Source: Gemmatimonadota bacterium | Lineage (GTDB): Bacteria; Gemmatimonadota; Gemmatimonadetes; Longimicrobiales; RSA9 | Direction of reading: 5' to 3' | Assembly: GCA_016207445.1 (NCBI GenBank) | Contig: JACQPS010000088.1 | Location: 1-36,205 of the forward strand | DNA: 36,205 bases | In this document: piece by piece, positions 31,434 to 36,205 of the stretch | Layout: every line of letters begins with the position of its first letter | Numbering within the stretch: position 1 is the stretch's first letter | Program-made: the position numbers and the translations under genes | The notes under the pieces: generated by a model | Told to the model about the DNA's origin: nothing | The model's database searches: none | The model's input: only the letters and a program-made list of their open reading frames with translations

Positions 31434-33212
31434 ATGGACGACCAGGCGAACCCGGCCGGCCGGCGGACGTGGGCCGGCCTCGGCGCGGGAACAACCGCTG
31501 GGCCAGGGCAGGTGGACGCCGGGGTTGCCCCGGCGGCGGGTGGCGGTACGGCGGGGAACGGCCGCGGCGTCGTCCCTGCGAGGTATCAGCCCCCTCTCCC
31601 CCTGGAGCGGCTGATCCTGCGGGAGTCACCGGCGGAGGAGGCCGTCCCGCTGGACGTGGTGTTCGTCGGGGGCGGCCCGGCGGGCCTGGCGGGTGCGATC
31701 GCATTGGCCCGGCTGGTTCAGGCGGAGAACGCGGCGGGCGGTCTGAGGGAGATCGGCATCGGCGTGCTGGAGAAGTCGGCGGGGCTGGGCGAGCACTGTC
31801 TGTCGGGTGCGGTCGTGAACCCCGCTCCGTTCCGGACGCTCTTCCCCGAGCTGCGCGTGGAGGAGTTACCGTTTCGGCAGCCGGTCGAGCGCGAGCGCGT
31901 GTACTTCCTGACCCGCAACCGGGCGGTGCGGGTTCCCACGCCGCCCACGATGCGGAATCACGGCAACTACATCGCCTCGGTCTGCGAGGTCGTGCGGTGG
32001 CTGGGCGAGCGGGCGGAGCAGCTCGGGGTGAACGTGTTCACGGGCTTCCCCGCGGCCGCCCTGCTCGTGGAGGGGGAGCGCGTGGTGGGGGTACGCACGG
32101 CACCGGCGGGACTCGATCGGTCGGGCCGGCCGGGGAGCGGCTACACGGCGCCGACCGATGTGAGCGCACGCGTGACGGCGCTGGCGGAGGGGACGCGTGG
32201 GCTGCTGGCGCAGGCGTATTTCGAGTGGCAGGGGGTCGGGAGCGAGAACCCGCAGCTGTACGCGCTGGGGGTGAAGGAGGTCTGGGAGACGAAGCGGCCG
32301 GTCGACGCGGTCGTGCACACGCTGGGCTGGCCGCTGGCAGCGGATACCTTCGGCGGGAGCTTCTTTTACCCGCTCGAGCCGAACGTGCTCGCGCTCGGCC
32401 TGGTCGTCGGCCTCGACTACCGCGCCGCTTCGCTGGATGTGCACGTGCTGCTGCAGCGCATGAAGCTGCATCCGCTCTTCCGGCGTACCCTGGAGGGCGG
32501 CGAGATGGTGGAGTGGGGGGCCAAGACCATCCCGGAGGGCGGCTACTGGTCATTGCCTGCGCGGCGTCACGGGCACGGCATAGTGGTTCTGGGCGACTCG
32601 GCCGGGTTCGTGGATGTGCCCTCGCTCAAGGGAATCCACTACGCGATGGAGTCGGGAATCCTGGCGGCCCGCGCGATCTTTCACGCGCTCAAACGCAACG
32701 ACGTCTCTGCCCACGCGCTCGCCGAGTACGACCACCTGGTCGCCGACAGCGTCATCGCCCGCGACCTGTGGAAGCGCCGGAACCTGCGCCTGGCGTTCCG
32801 CAGCGGGCTCTACCTGGGCGGCCTGAAGGCCGCGCTCATGACCGCGACCGCCAGCGCCTTCCCCGGCGGCCGCATCGCGATGGAGAGCGATGCGTGGCTG
32901 CCTCGGCGCGCGGGGCCGGAAGAGCCGTTCCTGCCCGACGGGAAGTTGACGTTTCGGAAGCTGGACGCGGTGTTCCGGTCGGGGAACGCGACCCGGGATG
33001 ATATCCCCTCGCACCTGCTCGTGGGCGGCGATGTGCCCGCCGAGCTGGCCGAGTTCTACACGCACCTGTGCCCCGCCGGCGTATACGAGCGGCAGGGCGA
33101 GCGGCTGGTCGTGAATCCGCCCAACTGCATCGACTGCAAGGCGACGGACGTGCTGGGACCGCGCTGGACGCCGCGCGAGGGTGGCAGCGGCCCGCGCTAC
33201 CGCAGGATGTAA
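31434..33212 (+). CDS. Electron-transfer flavoprotein:ubiquinone oxidoreductase (ETF-QO)
   Basis: FAD motif DVVFVGGGPAGLAGA, VLGDSAGFVDVPSLKGIHYAMESG, and a C-terminal 4Fe-4S cluster region CPAGVYE...NCIDCKATD. The roughly 60-aa Gly/Ala-rich N-terminal extension leaves the start uncertain. Confidence 0.85.
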   Translation: MDDQANPAGRRTWAGLGAGTTAGPGQVDAGVAPAAGGGTAGNGRGVVPARYQPPLPLERLILRESPAEEAVPLDVVFVGGGPAGLAGAIALARLVQAENAAGGLREIGIGVLEKSAGLGEHCLSGAVVNPAPFRTLFPELRVEELPFRQPVERERVYFLTRNRAVRVPTPPTMRNHGNYIASVCEVVRWLGERAEQLGVNVFTGFPAAALLVEGERVVGVRTAPAGLDRSGRPGSGYTAPTDVSARVTALAEGTRGLLAQAYFEWQGVGSENPQLYALGVKEVWETKRPVDAVVHTLGWPLAADTFGGSFFYPLEPNVLALGLVVGLDYRAASLDVHVLLQRMKLHPLFRRTLEGGEMVEWGAKTIPEGGYWSLPARRHGHGIVVLGDSAGFVDVPSLKGIHYAMESGILAARAIFHALKRNDVSAHALAEYDHLVADSVIARDLWKRRNLRLAFRSGLYLGGLKAALMTATASAFPGGRIAMESDAWLPRRAGPEEPFLPDGKLTFRKLDAVFRSGNATRDDIPSHLLVGGDVPAELAEFYTHLCPAGVYERQGERLVVNPPNCIDCKATDVLGPRWTPREGGSGPRYRRM

Positions 33213-33278
33213 GGGCTTTCCCGTCCTTTACCGGCTCCGGGCGGCGCCAGCCGGCGCCAGGCTCACGGGGAGAGACCG

Positions 33279-34280
33279 ATGGCGATCAAGAAGCCAGCGC
33301 GCAGGACCCAGGCAAAGAAGCAGTCCGCACGGAAGCCGCCGGCGAAGAAACCGGGCGCGCGCCGGATCCCGGCGCCCCGGGAATGGGTAGCCCCGCGGCT
33401 GGATGGCAAAGTCGCGGTGGTTACGGGCGCGAGCCGGGGAGCCGGCAAAGGCATCGCCCTCGTGCTCGGCGAGTCGGGGGCGACCGTGTACGTCACCGGG
33501 CGCAGCGTGCGAGGGGCTCCCACGACGGACAACGTCCCGGGCACGATCCACGAAACGGCCGAGCAGATCACGGCGCGCGGCGGCCGCGCCATCGCGGTGC
33601 GCTGCGACCACACGCTCGCGCCCGACGTGGAGGCGCTCTTCGACCGGGTCAAGGACGAGCAAGGCCGGCTCGACATCCTGGTCAACAACGTCTGGGGCGG
33701 CTACGAGGGGGCCGGCGCTTACCCGACCCATTTCTGGAAGGCGCCGCTCGAGCGCAGCTGGCGCGGCATGTTCGTGGCCGGCCTGCGCGCGCATCTGCTC
33801 TCCTGCTACTACGGCATTCCGATCATGCTGCCGCACAAGCGCGGGCTCGTCATCAGCACGGTCGCGTGGGACCACAACAAGTATCTCGGCAGCTTCTACG
33901 ACATTGCGAAGCACGCGATCGTACGCATGATCTACGGCCTGGCCATCGAGCTGGAGAAGCACGACATCCCCGCCCTCGCGGTCGCACCGGGCTTCATGCG
34001 CACCGAGCGAGTGCTCAAGTACTACAAGACGGACGAGGCGAACTGGCGGTCGATCCCGCAGCTCCGGCGCACCGAGACGCCTCAGTACGTGGGCCGCGCC
34101 GTGGCCATGCTGGCCGCGGACGGGCGCATCCTGCGGAAGAGCGGACAGGCGTTTCGGGTCGGGGAGCTGGCGCAGGAGTACCGCTTCACGGATGTCGACG
34201 GCCGGCAGGTCCCGCCGTTCACGATTCCAGCGTCGTTCGAAAAGATCCTGGAGGAGTTCGAGCGCAAGGGCACGATTTAG
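33279..34280 (+). CDS. SDR-family oxidoreductase with Lys/Arg/Pro-rich N-terminal tail
   Basis: KVAVVTGASRGAGKGIA (TGxxxGxG) and YDIAKHA (YxxxK). ATG 33279 is preceded by GGGGAGAGA with a 3-nt spacer. No alternative start lies upstream of the Rossmann motif. Confidence 0.8.
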   Translation: MAIKKPARRTQAKKQSARKPPAKKPGARRIPAPREWVAPRLDGKVAVVTGASRGAGKGIALVLGESGATVYVTGRSVRGAPTTDNVPGTIHETAEQITARGGRAIAVRCDHTLAPDVEALFDRVKDEQGRLDILVNNVWGGYEGAGAYPTHFWKAPLERSWRGMFVAGLRAHLLSCYYGIPIMLPHKRGLVISTVAWDHNKYLGSFYDIAKHAIVRMIYGLAIELEKHDIPALAVAPGFMRTERVLKYYKTDEANWRSIPQLRRTETPQYVGRAVAMLAADGRILRKSGQAFRVGELAQEYRFTDVDGRQVPPFTIPASFEKILEEFERKGTI

Positions 34281-34304
34281 GCTGCGGCCGGCATCTGTGG
34301 GGTT

Positions 34305-35459
34305 CTAGTGCTGGTGCACCTGCGGGCTCGCCGCGGCGGCGGCGCCGTGGCCGGCGCTCGCCAGGGCCTGGAGATCGGTGGCGTACTCCGGGTGCGTCCG
34401 ATCGATGAGAGGCCAGGCCACGCCGCGGGCCGGCAGCAGCACACCCCCGAGCGCGCCCATGGCGCCGCTGGGAATGGTCTTGTCGGTGGGGTTGTCGTAA
34501 ACGGCCGTGAGACGGTAGACATGGGCCGGGTCGATCGGAACACCCAGTCTCCACAGAAAGCGCTTGACGGGCATGCCGGCAACCTCGCCCCTCGCGCCCA
34601 CGATCGGTCCCGCCTCCCAGAGCATCTTCCCGGCTGTCGCGTCCTCCAGGCGAAGCGCCACGCCGTAGCGGTGCAGGTGCCCGCCCACGGCCAGGATCCG
34701 GCCGGCGATGACCGGCCGGCCTTCCCAGCTCCGCTCCGAGCGACCCGGAGGCAAATCGTACGCGTGCGGACCGGCCGGAGGCATGACGTCCAGATAAAAG
34801 GGCTGGACCGACACCGGCCGCAGCCAGCCCCCGGCAGGCGTAAAGGGGAGCCGCAGCCGCAAGCGCACGCCGACGTAGCTCGTCCCGGTCGGGTTGTGGA
34901 AGGTGGTCGCGACCAGGACCGGCTCGCCCCGTCGCACATGGTAACCAAGCAGCCGCGGCATACGCGCAGGCGCCGTCTCCGGCCCCACCGCCGCGACCCG
35001 CTGCATGATCTGGCTGAAGAGCTCCCGGCGGCTCGCGGCGATCACGTTCACGTGGTGCAGGACGCGCTGCGGAACGGGCCGGCCCAGCCCATCCACCAGC
35101 TCGACCCCGAAGCCGTGCACCCATCCGGCCAGCGGCAGTGTCGCCGTCATGAGACCGGGCTGGTGCACCGCCTCGTGCCCTGCGCCCGCGGGCAGATCCA
35201 CGGGGCCGAGCTCGAGGAGCAGCTCCCGACCATCGGGGGAGGCGACGACGCGCAATCCCGGCCCCGCGGGCGATTCGACCGGCCTGGCCGCCCACGAAAC
35301 CGCAGGCGAATGCTGCGGCTGGACGCGTTCCGGCCGGGCTGCGCTGCCCGCAGGCTGCTCCCGGCAGCCCGTGCACAGGCACAGCAGTGCCACGAAACCC
35401 AGGCCGGCCGCGGGGCCGCCTCGCCCCGGTCTCGCCTCTGTCCGCCAGATCCCGCTCAT
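34305..35459 (-). CDS. Lipoprotein of unknown function with a PHM/DBH-like copper-ligand pattern
   Basis: Lipobox LCTGC. Ligand-like residues VLHHVNV, TTFHNP, GGHLHRYG, SGAMGAL. ATG 35459 is preferred over the TTG at 35495. The plus-strand ORF 34308..35492 is an Arg-rich antisense artefact. Confidence 0.6.
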   Translation of the reverse strand: MSGIWRTEARPGRGGPAAGLGFVALLCLCTGCREQPAGSAARPERVQPQHSPAVSWAARPVESPAGPGLRVVASPDGRELLLELGPVDLPAGAGHEAVHQPGLMTATLPLAGWVHGFGVELVDGLGRPVPQRVLHHVNVIAASRRELFSQIMQRVAAVGPETAPARMPRLLGYHVRRGEPVLVATTFHNPTGTSYVGVRLRLRLPFTPAGGWLRPVSVQPFYLDVMPPAGPHAYDLPPGRSERSWEGRPVIAGRILAVGGHLHRYGVALRLEDATAGKMLWEAGPIVGARGEVAGMPVKRFLWRLGVPIDPAHVYRLTAVYDNPTDKTIPSGAMGALGGVLLPARGVAWPLIDRTHPEYATDLQALASAGHGAAAAASPQVHQH

Positions 35460-35465
35460 GGCCCG

Positions 35466-35495
35466 TTGACGACCCGTTCGGTTCGTGCGTAACAA
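35466..35495 (+). promoter_or_regulatory. Sigma-70-like promoter for the NPCBM-domain gene
   Basis: TTGACG (35466-35471), 18 nt, TAACAA (35490-35495). The leader to ATG 35547 is about 45 nt. Confidence 0.4.
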
Positions 35496-35546
35496 TGAGG
35501 GCAGTGTGCGCCCGACGGCAACCGCGCTTCATCGCCGAGCGGAAAG

Positions 35547-36205
35547 ATGCCTCGCCTCGCGTCTCTGGTACAGAACCTCCACGGCCGCAGCCAGGTTCCT
35601 GCGTCCGCGGCGGCCGGCCTGATGGTGCTGCTGGGGATCGGCGGCTGCGCAGTACTCGGACTCGGCGGCTCGCCCGTCACCATTTACGTCTCGGATCTCG
35701 ATCTGTCTGCCGTGGCACAGGATCGGGGCACAGCGCAGCGCGATCGCTCCGTCAATGGCAACGAGCTGCGCGTGGCGAGCCGTGCATTCGCGCGCGGGCT
35801 GGGGACGCACGCCGGCAGTCGCGCCCGCATCCTGCTGCACGGCCGCGCGCTCCGGTTCCGCGCGCAGGTCGGCGTGGACGACGAGGTGCTGACGCGGGAC
35901 GGGCGCCGGCGGGGCAGCGTCGAATTCCTGGTGTTCGTCGATGGCAGGAAGGCGTACCAGAGTGGAGTGCTGCACGCGAGCGATCCGCCCCGCGCCGTCG
36001 AGGTGGATGTGCGCGGCGCCGGCGAGCTCTGGCTGGTCGTGGACCCCGGCCAGGACGGGATCCACGACGACCACGCCGACTGGGGCGAGGCCCGCCTCGA
36101 GGTCAAGGCCGGAGCTCCGTTGCCGGCGCTGCTCGAGCCCGAGCGGGCGCCCACGGTCGTCCTCACGCCGAAACCGCCCGCGCAGCCTCGCCTCAATGGA
36201 CCCGC
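35547..36205 (+). CDS. NPCBM-domain protein, probable glycoside hydrolase (3' end outside window)
   Basis: My own translation from ATG 35547: MPRLASLVQNL...LLGIGGCAVLG...IYVSDLDLSAVAQDRGTAQRDRSVNGNELRVASRAFARGLGTHA...FRAQVGVDDEV...GSVEFLVFVDGRKAYQSGVL...LWLVVDPGQDGIHDDHADWGEARL...TPKPPAQPRLNGP. This is the NPCBM module pattern. It is not in the ORF track because the frame stays open to the window edge. Confidence 0.75.
   Translation, partial: MPRLASLVQNLHGRSQVPASAAAGLMVLLGIGGCAVLGLGGSPVTIYVSDLDLSAVAQDRGTAQRDRSVNGNELRVASRAFARGLGTHAGSRARILLHGRALRFRAQVGVDDEVLTRDGRRRGSVEFLVFVDGRKAYQSGVLHASDPPRAVEVDVRGAGELWLVVDPGQDGIHDDHADWGEARLEVKAGAPLPALLEPERAPTVVLTPKPPAQPRLNGP

Noticed and set aside
29720-31435. 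571-aa minus-strand ORF opposite mobA/moeA
   Set aside because: It is antisense to two well-supported Moco genes and has no motifs.
34308-35492. 394-aa plus-strand ORF opposite the copper-motif lipoprotein gene
   Set aside because: The product is extremely Arg-rich with no signal or motifs. The minus frame has a lipobox and balanced composition. This call is less certain than the others because neither frame matches a family I can name outright.
35529-36196. Minus-strand ORFs 35529..36074 and 35684..36196
   Set aside because: The plus frame from ATG 35547 encodes a clear NPCBM module and stays open to the window edge. The minus ORFs are shadows of it.
1-36205. tRNA, rRNA, transposase/integrase, phage or defence-system genes
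   Set aside because: I scanned by eye for T-loop GTTCGAATC-type motifs, DDE or tyrosine-recombinase motifs and nuclease/RT signatures, and found none. The absence cannot be proven without tRNAscan-SE, Infernal or HMM searches.

Overview
Very GC-rich (about 70% by eye, not computed), gene-dense bacterial chromosomal segment with housekeeping and cell-envelope content. Lipoprotein signals and a beta-barrel OMP suggest a high-GC diderm lineage. I support 33 CDSs, two of them truncated by the window edges and absent from the ORF track. In order: Fur-family fragment; DUF116-trkH overlapping pair; glnA (GSI-alpha type); REC-HisKA_2 kinase plus REC-ANTAR regulator; acpS; PBP4 (dacB-like) with a LysM tail; NlpC/P60 hydrolase preceded by two small unknown ORFs; TM-helix, EamA and MFS membrane proteins; pncB; NPP-type phosphodiesterase; Ig-like/HExxH lipoprotein; M15 peptidase; SH3-like secreted protein; OMP; two BON proteins; GH15; tupABC-like tungstate transporter; fdhD-mobA-moeA; ETF-QO; SDR; a lipoprotein with a PHM/DBH-like copper-ligand pattern; NPCBM-domain protein fragment. 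I saw no rRNA, tRNA, CRISPR, transposase, integrase or phage genes. The many long antisense ORFs are the usual high-GC artefact. The most unusual material is non-coding or domain-level: a TCAGGGN-heptamer palindromic, G4-prone element present twice at convergent gene ends; a 31-bp G-rich tandem repeat in the pncB control region; several TTGACN-17/18-TAnnnT promoters, some ending 6-9 nt before the ATG (candidate leaderless mRNAs); short direct repeats upstream of unknown genes; and unusual fusions (BON plus Arg/Gly/aromatic-rich region, PBP4-LysM, MoeA insertion). All functional calls rest on motif recognition by eye; no database search was run.
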